Of a stretch of 64,000 nucleotides of DNA, positions 10,408-19,646 are shown piece by piece. Below the pieces are notes generated by a model that was not told the origin of the DNA, made no database searches, and worked only from the letters and a program-made list of their open reading frames with translations. The stretch lies in assembly GCA_050294405.1 (NCBI GenBank), contig JBNKOC010000016.1:1-64000 (forward strand), written 5' to 3'. The position numbers and the translations under genes are program-made. Positions within the stretch are counted from its first letter, which is position 1. Each line of letters opens with the position of its first letter. The DNA comes from Fibrobacteria bacterium (GTDB lineage: Bacteria; Fibrobacterota; Fibrobacteria; UBA11236; JADFYW01).

Positions 10408-10944
10408 ATGAGAAATAAAATTTCTATTCTGATGTTTACAATGCTATTGGGAGGTTGTTTAACTGATGATGAGACTCCATCAAAGGAAATTAAGGGTAAC
10501 ACATTTCATCAAAATGATTTAGATTTTTCACTAGAGCTTCCCGGTGATTGGACGAATAAATTGAATGACGAGGTTTCGGGACAAAAAGCTGAAGTTACAT
10601 CAAAGAATGCTCTTCAGGAAAATTTCGCTGCAAACATTGTAGTAATGGCAACGCCTACTTCTGGAATGACGTCTATGACTCAAATTATATCTTGGTATAA
10701 GACTCAAACAAGTATGGCATTTCCAGGTGTAGAGTTTTTAGTAGATACTGTATTAGTGGTAGATGGAGTTGAAGTAGGAAAAGTTGTTTACCAAGGGGAC
10801 CTATTCGGGAGCAGTCTGAAATTTAAAGAACTTTTATTTATTAGGAATGGTATGGATGTTCAGGCTGTTTTTACAGACTTGAAAAAATATTTCGATACCC
10901 GAGAAGAATTTGTCATTTCTGAAAAGACCTTAAAATTTTTCTAA
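10408..10944 (+). CDS. Lipoprotein, PsbP/DcrB-like fold
   Basis: Lipobox LLGG-C; FSLELPGDW and FAANIVV motifs typical of Mog1p/PsbP/DcrB proteins. Confidence 0.65.
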   Translation: MRNKISILMFTMLLGGCLTDDETPSKEIKGNTFHQNDLDFSLELPGDWTNKLNDEVSGQKAEVTSKNALQENFAANIVVMATPTSGMTSMTQIISWYKTQTSMAFPGVEFLVDTVLVVDGVEVGKVVYQGDLFGSSLKFKELLFIRNGMDVQAVFTDLKKYFDTREEFVISEKTLKFF

Positions 10945-11501
10945 CAGGATTTGGCATGGGGACCTTAATCGAACAGATCCATAAGATATTTATGATGAAT
11001 ATAAAATGAATTTACGAAGCTAGAGAAAACATTCATTTTGTCCTAGAAAAATATCTCTGTTAACTTAGTTACCATTTTTCTGAACTCAATCTAATGGTCT
11101 AAAAATTCCACATTTTTTTTTTGTGCGAGGTTTTCTTTTCTCCAAAAATTAATTGGATAATTTTTAATATGTAATCATTTAGGAAAAAATGTGAATTTTT
11201 GTTTTGCAAATTCATCAAAAATTATCTGTATGTGATATTAAAAATGATGTTTGCAATTGTATTAAAATAAAATAGGAAAATTTATTAACCAATAATGCTT
11301 TCATTTTAATACAACGATAAATGACAAATCGTCAAACATATTGAAAAAAACTAAAATCGGATAGGAAAGTCTACTTTCCCGGCCACTGCATTGCCCTTTT
11401 CTTATCCAAATTTTGGATTTTTTTCATTAACTATTTCACAGTAAAAAACATGTGAAATCGTCTGTATTGCCATTTATTATGTATAGGAGAGGTAATTACT
11501 T

Positions 11502-11876
11502 ATGGCTCTAAAAATTAATAATCGAAAAGGTGAGATTGTTCGTGATCCGCATGAATTTAAAAAGAAATATCAAATATATTGTGAACGATTTTCAGGGGTT
11601 ACACAAAAAAATAAAACCATAATTTTCACTTACCTAAAAGATATGGAACTTGGTAGAAACACCAGTGGTCAAAAAGGAGAAAGAAGTTATTCCAGGTTAT
11701 GTGCATTGCTTCATAGAATGAAAAAATTATGTCAATGGATAGAAAAGGAGTATCAAAAAAATCTTGAAGAGTTGACAGATTTAGATTTAGCGGTATTATT
11801 CAAAAAGCTGTATGATGGGGAAATAGTAAAAGTGAATGGTAATCCCTATAAGTGTACAGTGATCGTATTCACCTGA
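11502..11876 (+). pseudogene. Truncated tyrosine recombinase/integrase (N-terminal domain only)
   Basis: AGGAGAGG RBS; DPH...NKTIIFTYLKDMELGRN...GERSYSRL...LYDGEIVKVNGNPYK resembles a recalled integrase N-terminus; stops before any catalytic domain, about 130 nt from the att-like tRNA fragment. Confidence 0.6.
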
Positions 11877-11946
11877 CAGTTGAGCCATAATGCGGTATGG
11901 CCATGGAGACTCCAAGCTAAGGGTTTTGAAGAGTGAAAATTTTAAA

Positions 11947-11967
11947 ATGGGACCAAATGAGTCCCAT
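11947..11967. repeat. Inverted repeat ATGGGAC-N7-GTCCCAT next to the att site
   Basis: Perfect 7-bp arms, followed by an IHF-like TAAGTCTTTGTTT just before the tRNA fragment; possible integrase accessory site. Confidence 0.4.
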
Positions 11968-12004
11968 CGTTTTGTAAGTCTTTGTTTTTTAATGAGTTAA
12001 AAAT

Positions 12005-12058
12005 AGCAAGCGGCTGTTAACCGCTCGGTCGTAGGTTCGAGCCCTACTCGAGCAGCCA
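12005..12058 (+). tRNA. 3' fragment of tRNA-Asn(GTT), incomplete; probable att direct repeat
   Basis: Anticodon arm AGCGG-CTGTTAA-CCGCT (GTT at 12016-12018), T arm GTAGG-TTCGAGC-CCTAC, acceptor 3' strand TCGAGCA-G-CCA. The complementary 5' strand TGCTCGA and most of the D arm are absent upstream. Confidence 0.85.
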
Positions 12059-12148
12059 GCTGACTCTTTTAACTAAATCGCGTAAATGCATTCCAGGTAT
12101 GGCCTTTTCAGATTAGGCTTCAAGCAATGAGCCTTTGGCATTTAGAAA

Positions 12149-12442
12149 TTATTTAATAATAAAATCTCCGCTAATATCAAACGACCGAACTTTACCTGAA
12201 ACTACCCATTTGTTAGCCTTTCTATACCCGCTAATATCGTACTGTTCTACAGGATCTACAGGGTTTGGCCAGCTAAAAATGGAAAGGGTATCCTCCCAGT
12301 TTGATTTTGAAAATTCATTGATATTATTTGGAATCTGAAATGCGAATCTTTCCCAAGCAGGTGATCCAGCGGCAAGCTGGCTATAGGGTCCCGTTTGGTG
12401 ATAATCGAATTGGAAAACAACAAAACTATCAGATGGCAGCAT
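12149..12442 (-). CDS. Hypothetical protein or gene remnant
   Basis: 97-codon ORF with protein-like composition downstream of the OMP gene; no clear RBS or family. Confidence 0.3.
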   Translation of the reverse strand: MLPSDSFVVFQFDYHQTGPYSQLAAGSPAWERFAFQIPNNINEFSKSNWEDTLSIFSWPNPVDPVEQYDISGYRKANKWVVSGKVRSFDISGDFIIK

Positions 12443-12498
12443 TTCTAAACCTTTAGAATAGGGAACTCCATTTGGGAGAATCTTTCTAAGATAAAAAC

Positions 12499-12984
12499 TT
12501 AAAAAGTATATCGTACGGATAAAGCGCCATCACCGCCAAATCCACCATTATTGATAAAGCCAAACATAGGCCGAATATCCAAACCAAGTTGAATGGGGGC
12601 GCCATGTACATTGAAATCGTATTCAATTCCAATTTGACCGCCAATTCCAAGGGCTATGCCCGATCCATCATCATCATGGGACCAGAATCCGGCTTGTGCT
12701 CCAGGCCCTGCAAACCAGTTAAGGCCCTGATGGATATTCCAGGCCCAGTGGTATATACCTGCTAACCCCAACCAGGAATGGTATTTCCCGGCAGACCAAC
12801 CTATGTCGGCTTCCAAGCGGTTTGCAGATCCCATGGCCATTTGATAACTAATCTCGGCTCCAAAAGCAGAGCCTCCCCCGGAACGCAAACCTATGGCGTT
12901 TGCATTGATAGACGCTGCTGGCAGGGAATAGGAGGATGCCACCAGTGCGAAAAAAAAGGAAGCTGTTATCAGTTTTGTAATCAT
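12499..12984 (-). CDS. Small outer-membrane beta-barrel protein
   Basis: Signal peptide; NAIGLR, GAEISYQ, GGQIGIEYDF, PIQLGLDIRP strands; C-terminal aromatic signature VRYTF. Confidence 0.8.
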   Translation of the reverse strand: MITKLITASFFFALVASSYSLPAASINANAIGLRSGGGSAFGAEISYQMAMGSANRLEADIGWSAGKYHSWLGLAGIYHWAWNIHQGLNWFAGPGAQAGFWSHDDDGSGIALGIGGQIGIEYDFNVHGAPIQLGLDIRPMFGFINNGGFGGDGALSVRYTF

Positions 12985-13270
12985 TGAATTCTCTCTTAGC
13001 TAAATTTTGAATTTTCAATATAAAGTAACCATGTCCTTAGATTATTGGCAAATAAACCTGCCTTAAAATAGGAGATTGGCTGTAAAATAATGTTGGGAGT
13101 TTTTGACCAATCCAATAATTGTAAATTAGGCGTTGAATGTCAAATTGGCAAAAGATGCGGCCTGGCTCGGATTTAAAGGGCCAATTTAGGGAAAAAAATA
13201 TATTTTCCTTTGGAATGTATGTGGGCATATATTTTGCACTTAATAACCAGCATTCAATAAAGGAATTCCC

Positions 13271-14035
13271 ATGATAACATACTTTTCATCAATAAATATT
13301 TTTTCGCTACTTGTTATATTAGCTTTGGCCACTTTTTCCATAGCTCGCAAACCTTGGGAACCCCCACCAGCTTCTGAAAATATTGCAGCTCCAGCCCAGG
13401 AAGCCCCCCAGCTCAGCGGTGAAGTTTTGGAAACCATGAACTCAGGCGGCTATACTTACTTAAAGATAAGCAGCGGCGGTTCTGAAATTTGGGTGGCAGC
13501 AAACGAATTTAAGATTGCAGTTGGACAGACGGCTTATGTATATGGGGCAAATGAAATGGAAAATTTCACAAGCAAAACTTTAGGGCGAACTTTTGATAAA
13601 ATCATTTTTGCAAATTCCATCAGTGCAGAAGGAGAAGGAGACCACGCCCATGCTTCGAATCCCCATGGCTCCAATCCTCACGGCAATATGCCCAAGCAGG
13701 AGGCCAAGTTGGATTTTTCCAAAATAAAACCTCTTAAAGGCGGGACTCAGGTGGGCGATTTGTTGGCTAAACCCAAAAAATGGAAGGGGAAAAAAGTATC
13801 TGTTCGGGGCTTGGTGGTAAAGGCTAACTACGATATTATGGGAGCCCATTGGTATCATATTCAAGATGGCAGCGGTAATGCCCCCGATAATGATTTAGTG
13901 GTTACCAGTACCGAAAAGGTCAACGTGGGAGACGTGGTAGTGGCCCAGGGGCCTTTATCGGTGGATAAGGATTTGGGCTCAGGCTATTTTTTCAAAGCCA
14001 TTTTGGAAAAGGCTCAGCTAAAACTCGAGAAGTAA
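13271..14035 (+). CDS. Exported tandem OB-fold protein (NrfJ-like N-domain)
   Basis: Signal peptide; GEVLETMNSGGYTY...FTSKTLGRTFDKIIF and VRGLVVK...IMGAHWYHIQDGSG...DKDLGSGY motifs; His-rich SNPHG x2 linker. Confidence 0.7.
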   Translation: MITYFSSINIFSLLVILALATFSIARKPWEPPPASENIAAPAQEAPQLSGEVLETMNSGGYTYLKISSGGSEIWVAANEFKIAVGQTAYVYGANEMENFTSKTLGRTFDKIIFANSISAEGEGDHAHASNPHGSNPHGNMPKQEAKLDFSKIKPLKGGTQVGDLLAKPKKWKGKKVSVRGLVVKANYDIMGAHWYHIQDGSGNAPDNDLVVTSTEKVNVGDVVVAQGPLSVDKDLGSGYFFKAILEKAQLKLEK

Positions 14036-14159
14036 AATCAGGCAGGTTATTCCTGTCCGCTATTTTATGAGCGGGGAAATTTTCCCTAAAATAAGTAACT
14101 TTTTAGGACTATAATATTCGAAGAAACTTTAAGTCCAACTTTAAAAGTAACCCTTTTCA

Positions 14160-14888
14160 TTGGCCAAAAAACATTATTTAACCGAGTTTGATTTTCCCGA
14201 AGGAAAGGTTATTAACAACCGCTATTCCGTATTATCCAAGTTAGGTGGAGGATACGAAGGCGAAGTGTATTTGATTCGAGAACTCAATACCAAAATTGAA
14301 AGAGCAGCCAAATTTTTCTATCCCCATCGCAATGTTAATAATAAAGCCGCCAATATGCAGGCGAAAAAATTGCATCAGTTGCGCCACTGCTCCATAGTTA
14401 TAGGCTATCATTTTCAGGAATTTATAGAATACAAAGGCTACAAAATATGTTGTTTGGTATCTGATTTTGTGAAGGGAGAGATTCTCTCCCATTATATTGA
14501 TAGGCAACCTGGAAAAAGGCTTTCCAGCTTTCAGGCGGTGCATTTGTTACACGCCTTGGCCAAAGGAGTAACAGATATACATTCCCGCAAAGAATACCAC
14601 GGCGATTTGCATACCGATAACATCATTATCCAGAGGTTTGGCCTGGGATACGATTTAAAAGTTATTGATTTATTTCATTGGAGCATACCAAAACGCAAAG
14701 TAATACAGGAAGAAATCTGCGATATGATACGTATCTTTTACGACTCCCTGGGAGGCGCAAAATATTACGGAAAGCAGCCGCAGGAAATCAAAAACATTAT
14801 TTTGGGATTAAAAAAATCGTTAATTGCTAAAAAATTTAGATCTGCCGCCCAATTAAAAAATTATTTAGAAGAGATGGAGTGGAATTGA
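14160..14888 (+). CDS. Ser/Thr (Hanks-type) protein kinase, short
   Basis: LGGGYEGEVY Gly loop, AAK lysine, HGDLHTDN catalytic loop, VIDL in place of DFG. Confidence 0.85.
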   Translation: MAKKHYLTEFDFPEGKVINNRYSVLSKLGGGYEGEVYLIRELNTKIERAAKFFYPHRNVNNKAANMQAKKLHQLRHCSIVIGYHFQEFIEYKGYKICCLVSDFVKGEILSHYIDRQPGKRLSSFQAVHLLHALAKGVTDIHSRKEYHGDLHTDNIIIQRFGLGYDLKVIDLFHWSIPKRKVIQEEICDMIRIFYDSLGGAKYYGKQPQEIKNIILGLKKSLIAKKFRSAAQLKNYLEEMEWN

Positions 14889-14926
14889 TTTAAAAGCAGG
14901 AGCCATTTATAGAACAGCTTCTATAT

Positions 14927-15709
14927 GTGAACGAATATCACCAGAAACCACAGCAATTAAATTTCCCTTTAGGTCAACTGGCATTTTATTCCAACAGTTA
15001 TCCCGGTTATAGCGAATCCAATGGTGACTCCTTGGGTTTTTTATACTTGGGGGAAAAAAAATCAGTAATTTTGTTAGCAGACGGTGCTGGTGGGACCCCT
15101 GGAGGAAACCAGGCTTCGGGTTTTTGTCTGGAAATTATTTTAAACTCCATTCAAAGCTCACATAAAGAGGGTCGCTCCTTGCGCGAGTGTATTTTGGATG
15201 GTATTGAAAAAGCCAATTCCGAATTGCTGGAAAAAAGAAATGGCGCTTGCACGACCTTGTGTGTCCTGGAAATTGAAGGCCGGGTAGTAAGGCCTTATCA
15301 CATTGGTGATTCTACCATCTTGGTGGTGGGGCAAAAAGGAAAAAGGAAGCTAAAAACAATCCCTCATTCTCCTCATGGTTATGCCGTGGAATCCGGCCTT
15401 TTAGATGAAAGCGACATGCCAGACACCATTCATCAGGTGGAGGTGTCCAATCTTTTGGGAACCAAAGAAATGCGGATTGAAATGGGTAGAAGCTATCGCT
15501 GCTTGCCCAGGGATACTATCTTAATTAGTTCAGATGGCATTACCGATAACATAGGCTCTGAGGAAATTGAAAATATTATCCGAAAAGGGAGTCTTGTTAA
15601 TTGTTCCCAAACATTGGCGGATATGGCAAGGCACAATATGGATAATCCTCCGGCCAATATCAATCCTAAGCCTGACGATTATAGTTTGATTTTATTTCGC
15701 CCCAATTAA
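14927..15709 (+). CDS. PP2C/PPM-family Ser/Thr phosphatase
   Basis: LADGAGG, CTT, HIGDS, SSDGITD and KPDDYS metal-binding motifs. Confidence 0.9.
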   Translation: MNEYHQKPQQLNFPLGQLAFYSNSYPGYSESNGDSLGFLYLGEKKSVILLADGAGGTPGGNQASGFCLEIILNSIQSSHKEGRSLRECILDGIEKANSELLEKRNGACTTLCVLEIEGRVVRPYHIGDSTILVVGQKGKRKLKTIPHSPHGYAVESGLLDESDMPDTIHQVEVSNLLGTKEMRIEMGRSYRCLPRDTILISSDGITDNIGSEEIENIIRKGSLVNCSQTLADMARHNMDNPPANINPKPDDYSLILFRPN

Positions 15710-15710
15710 A

Positions 15711-15769
15711 AAGGGCTTCCCTCCGCGTTAAAAACCCTTGGGGGTTGGTTTTTAGGAAGAAAGCCCTTA
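15711..15769. terminator. Nested hairpin between convergent genes, probable bidirectional terminator
   Basis: AAGGGCTT...AAGCCCTT enclosing TAAAAACC...GGTTTTTA. Confidence 0.5.
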
Positions 15770-15776
15770 ATTGGAT

Positions 15777-18700
15777 TTAAGGCATTAATGCACAGCCTGG
15801 AATTGGAGGCTGACTTCTGGCGATACCCTGTCTGTAGGTTACAGTTCTTGCGGCTAGACCTTCCTTATATTGGAAGGAAACCCGCCATAAATAGACTCCG
15901 CTTCCCACATAATGTCCGTTGATGTCTTTTTGATCCCAAACCAAAAAGCTAAGGTATCCACCTGCATGGGCTCGATTGGGGTTTTCTAATTCACCGCAAT
16001 ACCCAAAACGCTGGGTTGATGTATTGATGAATTTTCCAAATTGGTCAAAAATTTCAATTTGAGCAATGTAGGCTCCATCGGAAATAACTACCACAGAACT
16101 CAAACAATTTGGTTGGAAATTCATTGGAGCTGTGGTTTCGATACCGTCAGCACAGGTCATCCAGGCATTTTCATCAATTTTTCCATATTGATCCATGTAT
16201 CTGGGCGGAATCCATTGCTCTATCCGGTCTCCAGGTAGAGTTCCAACAACATTAAAATTGTCGTCCAGTATAGGTACATCATCCACATCTGGAGTTTTGA
16301 TGGAAATATCGGGTTTCCCAATTACATCGGCCAAGAGGGTAGAGTTGAAATCACTTGATTCAGTGGCCCCAAAAACTTCCACTTCTATGTCGCTGTTCTG
16401 GTTTCCGTTCGCATCTCTGTACACTGTTTGCGGGTCAAAGAATAAACAATCAGATATTTTTACCTGCAGGCCTTCGGGAGAGGCTATTACAGGTATTTGA
16501 ATTTGAGAGCCATCCCCGCTATAGACAGGACCAGTTTGCATGGGTAATAAAATCCCAGCTCCGTCTGCACAGCCATTGGCAAAACGAAACAAGATGTTTG
16601 CATTTGCTGGTGTCGCGCCAGGTCCGGGAATAATGGGTTCTGACAATACAATAACCAGGGAATCAGGCATCTTACGGATAGTTTGAGCTGGATCCGAAGC
16701 TAAAATATATCTGCGGAACTGAGGTTTTTTAATGTCTGCCGAAAATATCACAGCTCCTACGCTGTCCTGGATAGCGGCTTGCTGTCCATCTGGTAAGGTC
16801 AAATAGGGGATTGCTCCACCCTTAATGCCTGTTTGTCCATAAGACCAGGGATCTCCGGCAAACTCAACCATTATAATGGAATCACTAACCTTTGAAATAT
16901 TGGAAGCATTGCCAACTTTGGGTTCAATTCCTTCGTTGGGCCAATCAATGGAAGTAATGCTGCTGGGAAGTATTACCACAGGCTCTGCAAAGTGAATGTA
17001 CACCCGGTCTGCCTGACCATCCATGTTCATATCTTTTATCCAGGCTTTTTTCACATCATAGGAAATAATGAGCTCGGAATTCCAGTTGAGAATAGTTCCT
17101 GGTGTTGCGCCCTGCACTGTAAAGGTTACAGTTTGGCTGGGGTTTGCTGAATAAATAAAGAAGGAAGCTGTTCCTGCCGCAGGTACAACAGTGTTTACAT
17201 CGGCTCCTGCCATATCTGCTTTAAATTTAAAAGCTGGATCGGCGGTTATTAATGTTAAGGCTTCGAGGCAAATAGGATCTAAACATACTCCAAATTGAGT
17301 GGTATATACCTGAACGTATACGGGGTATCCGGCCACAATGGCATCCTGCCGTATGTTTGTAGGTTGAATGGGAGTACCGGCCGCATCCACCCAACGCAAT
17401 CTGGGAATGCGGTATGTGATTTGGGTAAAGGCATCCAGGTCGGTAAAAGCTCCGGTAATGGTGACACTCATGCCATAAGTGGAATCGTCCGCAGCCTGGG
17501 GTGTACCCGTTACATATACCGTGGCTAATCCGGAGGAATCGGTAGTTAGCTGAGTGCCAGAGACAATAGGGCCTGTGCCATCTGGGTTGCTAAATACCTG
17601 TAATCCTGGAGAAGATTTTAGAATAAAATTTTGTACTACACCTATATCTGAGGAAGTGGCTTGAATAACCACAGGCTTTAAAATGCCCACCATAGTATCA
17701 ATGGGAGTTTTATCAGCAAAAACCAGTTCTAAATCACCGGTTACTTTAAAAGGAATAGTAAATTCACTTTTAGGATTGTTGCGATTGTTAACGGTAATCA
17801 CATAATCGCCTCCCAATAATTGTTTGGCTGCATTTATTGCTGCAGTATCTACGGTAATGCCGATTTCCCCTGGAAGAATGGTAAGCCCGGTGTACTGGCC
17901 AGGAGTTAAAGGTACGCCGTTAATACTAAAGTCGGCTTCTTCATCAACAGTTATGCCCTCTGGAAGGGTTCTGCCAGCACAGGATTCATCGGCACCTTCT
18001 TTTCGCTTGATGTTGTAAGTAATAGCTCCATTAGCTCCCGGGGTTTCTTCCATCCAAACAGCCTGTTCCTGCTCAAAGTAAATGGATGTTTTGATAAAGA
18101 GGTGGGAACTAGTAGTTTGTCTTTCACAATAGAACAAATCAAAAGGATAAGTTTCTCCCTGGGTAAGCCCTAAATTATCCAAGTCTACCTCCGCTGCAGA
18201 TGCTATGTGCGTGCCACCCAGGTCAATAACAAGTTGTCCATTGATAAATACCCAAACATCATCATCTCCCGCAAAGGAAAATTGTTGGTTAGGTCCATAG
18301 GTGAATTCAGCGTGGAGCTCGCCACAGAAATGAAAATTGTGCAGCCCGCCTGTAGGGTCATCAACCCACTGTTTTTGGAAGGCACCATCCCGGAAGGGTT
18401 GGTAGTTACTTGCGAGTTGAGAGTGGTTAGGGTTAGGAGTACCATTTTCCAGGGTGGTAAAATCATCCAGCGGAAAAAAGCCTCGGCTCTCTTCTTCATG
18501 GGATACATACTGCCACAAACCGTCGCGGGTTTTTCCAAAGGGTAGATCCACACATTTTTCATAATTGCGTAAATTGGGGTCGGGGTTATCAGAAGTTGTA
18601 TTAAACCAAGTTTCAAATTGGGTATAATTCGCTCCAACAGTGTTCGGATCCATTGCGGAGTTTCTCACAGGTTTATCATTAGGCCCAAGGGTGGTCTCAA

Positions 18701-19583
18701 TCATTCCGGGGGTAGGATCTTGTTTTTGAGCGTTAACTTCAAAATCAGGATGTTGAGCACTAAAGTCTCTTAAAGTGATTCCCAAGGTATAAAAACAGGA
18801 ACCAATAATGCCAGGGTAGGTGGTTCTAATTTCCGGAGGACCTGCTTTTTGTTTGGAATTCGCCTGGGGAGTGGGCAGAATATATACTGTGTCGGAAGTG
18901 GCTAAAACGGCAGACAAGTCAATGGGGTTTATATCATCAAGACCAGTAGCTCCGTAATTTTGGTCAGTAAAAAGCTCTTGAAAACTAACCTGATATGTGT
19001 CGGTTTCTTCATTCACATAATAAACATACCATCCGCACAAATCGGATAAGTTCACATCATCTTCTTCGCCATTAAATGTGATTTTAGGTCCGGTGGAGGG
19101 CCAAGGGTTTAAAACATAGATGGTTTTGGAGTCAGGAGCAAAGCAGCTGATGGTGGGGGGCCCGGCTCCATCGGGAATAATCCATATTTCAGTATCGGGA
19201 CAGTCTTCAAAAACGTTAATGTATACGAAGCCATCCGCTTCGCTGGGCTGTTGCGCTACAATTCCATTAATTCCCAAGAATTCGTGGTCAATATTGGTAT
19301 TGTGCGAGACAAACCAAAATCCGTTGTAATCTGCCAGGGCTCCGGCTGCGAAAGTTACATCAAGGCTGTACCATCCACCACCGTCGTGAGCCATAGGAAC
19401 GCCTGGGTAATATCCCGGAGGGCCACCCCCGCGAACATGAATTAATTTTCCATTCTCTTCACTGGCCCAAGGATCGAGCAAATGGATGGAAAAGGTTTGC
19501 GCCTGGATGGTTCCTGCGGCGATGCTAATTATGCTTAAGAGTATTAAACTTTTTAAGAATTTGAATCCCATGAATTCCCCCAA
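15777..19583 (-). CDS. Fibro-slime (PA14-related, TIGR02148) domain protein, large, with C-terminal FlgD-like sorting region; likely start ATG 19571
   Basis: Signal peptide; RDFSAQHPDFE, GFFPLD, HNFHFCGELHAEFTY, FAGDDDVWVFINGQLVIDLGGTH, FYCERQT; C-terminal IEIFDQFGKFI...WDQKDINGHYVGSGVYLW. Confidence 0.9.
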   Translation of the reverse strand: MGEFMGFKFLKSLILLSIISIAAGTIQAQTFSIHLLDPWASEENGKLIHVRGGGPPGYYPGVPMAHDGGGWYSLDVTFAAGALADYNGFWFVSHNTNIDHEFLGINGIVAQQPSEADGFVYINVFEDCPDTEIWIIPDGAGPPTISCFAPDSKTIYVLNPWPSTGPKITFNGEEDDVNLSDLCGWYVYYVNEETDTYQVSFQELFTDQNYGATGLDDINPIDLSAVLATSDTVYILPTPQANSKQKAGPPEIRTTYPGIIGSCFYTLGITLRDFSAQHPDFEVNAQKQDPTPGMIETTLGPNDKPVRNSAMDPNTVGANYTQFETWFNTTSDNPDPNLRNYEKCVDLPFGKTRDGLWQYVSHEEESRGFFPLDDFTTLENGTPNPNHSQLASNYQPFRDGAFQKQWVDDPTGGLHNFHFCGELHAEFTYGPNQQFSFAGDDDVWVFINGQLVIDLGGTHIASAAEVDLDNLGLTQGETYPFDLFYCERQTTSSHLFIKTSIYFEQEQAVWMEETPGANGAITYNIKRKEGADESCAGRTLPEGITVDEEADFSINGVPLTPGQYTGLTILPGEIGITVDTAAINAAKQLLGGDYVITVNNRNNPKSEFTIPFKVTGDLELVFADKTPIDTMVGILKPVVIQATSSDIGVVQNFILKSSPGLQVFSNPDGTGPIVSGTQLTTDSSGLATVYVTGTPQAADDSTYGMSVTITGAFTDLDAFTQITYRIPRLRWVDAAGTPIQPTNIRQDAIVAGYPVYVQVYTTQFGVCLDPICLEALTLITADPAFKFKADMAGADVNTVVPAAGTASFFIYSANPSQTVTFTVQGATPGTILNWNSELIISYDVKKAWIKDMNMDGQADRVYIHFAEPVVILPSSITSIDWPNEGIEPKVGNASNISKVSDSIIMVEFAGDPWSYGQTGIKGGAIPYLTLPDGQQAAIQDSVGAVIFSADIKKPQFRRYILASDPAQTIRKMPDSLVIVLSEPIIPGPGATPANANILFRFANGCADGAGILLPMQTGPVYSGDGSQIQIPVIASPEGLQVKISDCLFFDPQTVYRDANGNQNSDIEVEVFGATESSDFNSTLLADVIGKPDISIKTPDVDDVPILDDNFNVVGTLPGDRIEQWIPPRYMDQYGKIDENAWMTCADGIETTAPMNFQPNCLSSVVVISDGAYIAQIEIFDQFGKFINTSTQRFGYCGELENPNRAHAGGYLSFLVWDQKDINGHYVGSGVYLWRVSFQYKEGLAARTVTYRQGIARSQPPIPGCALMP

Positions 19584-19617
19584 TTGGAATTAATAAGCTG
19601 AGCAAACGCTCTCCTAA

Positions 19618-19646
19618 TTGGTGATGGAATTGGGACTGGAGGTTCA
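19618..19646 (-). promoter_or_regulatory. Putative ECF sigma promoter TGAAC-N19-ACCAA
   Basis: Minus strand TGAAC ctccagtcccaattccatc ACCAA upstream of the large fibro-slime gene. Confidence 0.6.

Larger units (their letters stand above)
1..12058. mobile_element. Right-hand end of a probable genomic island integrated at tRNA-Asn (left end outside window)
   Basis: Visibly AT-richer than the downstream DNA. Carries a polymorphic toxin locus and an integrase remnant, and ends in a 3' tRNA-Asn fragment (12005-12058). Confidence 0.7.

Noticed and set aside
10939..11075. Possible integron attC site after the lipoprotein (stop within TTCTAAC)
   Set aside because: No complementary GTTAGAA box or attC-like stem at a suitable distance; no cassette array.
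11361..11396. Cobalamin riboswitch (contains GCCACTG)
   Set aside because: Other conserved elements are absent and the downstream gene is unrelated.
11853..11862. TGTACAGTGA, resembling the terminus of type V-K CRISPR-associated transposons
   Set aside because: Only 10 nt; no repeated TnsB sites, tns genes or cas genes in the window.
11980..12058. Complete functional tRNA-Asn gene
   Set aside because: No 5' acceptor strand or intact D arm upstream of 12005; treated as an att fragment.
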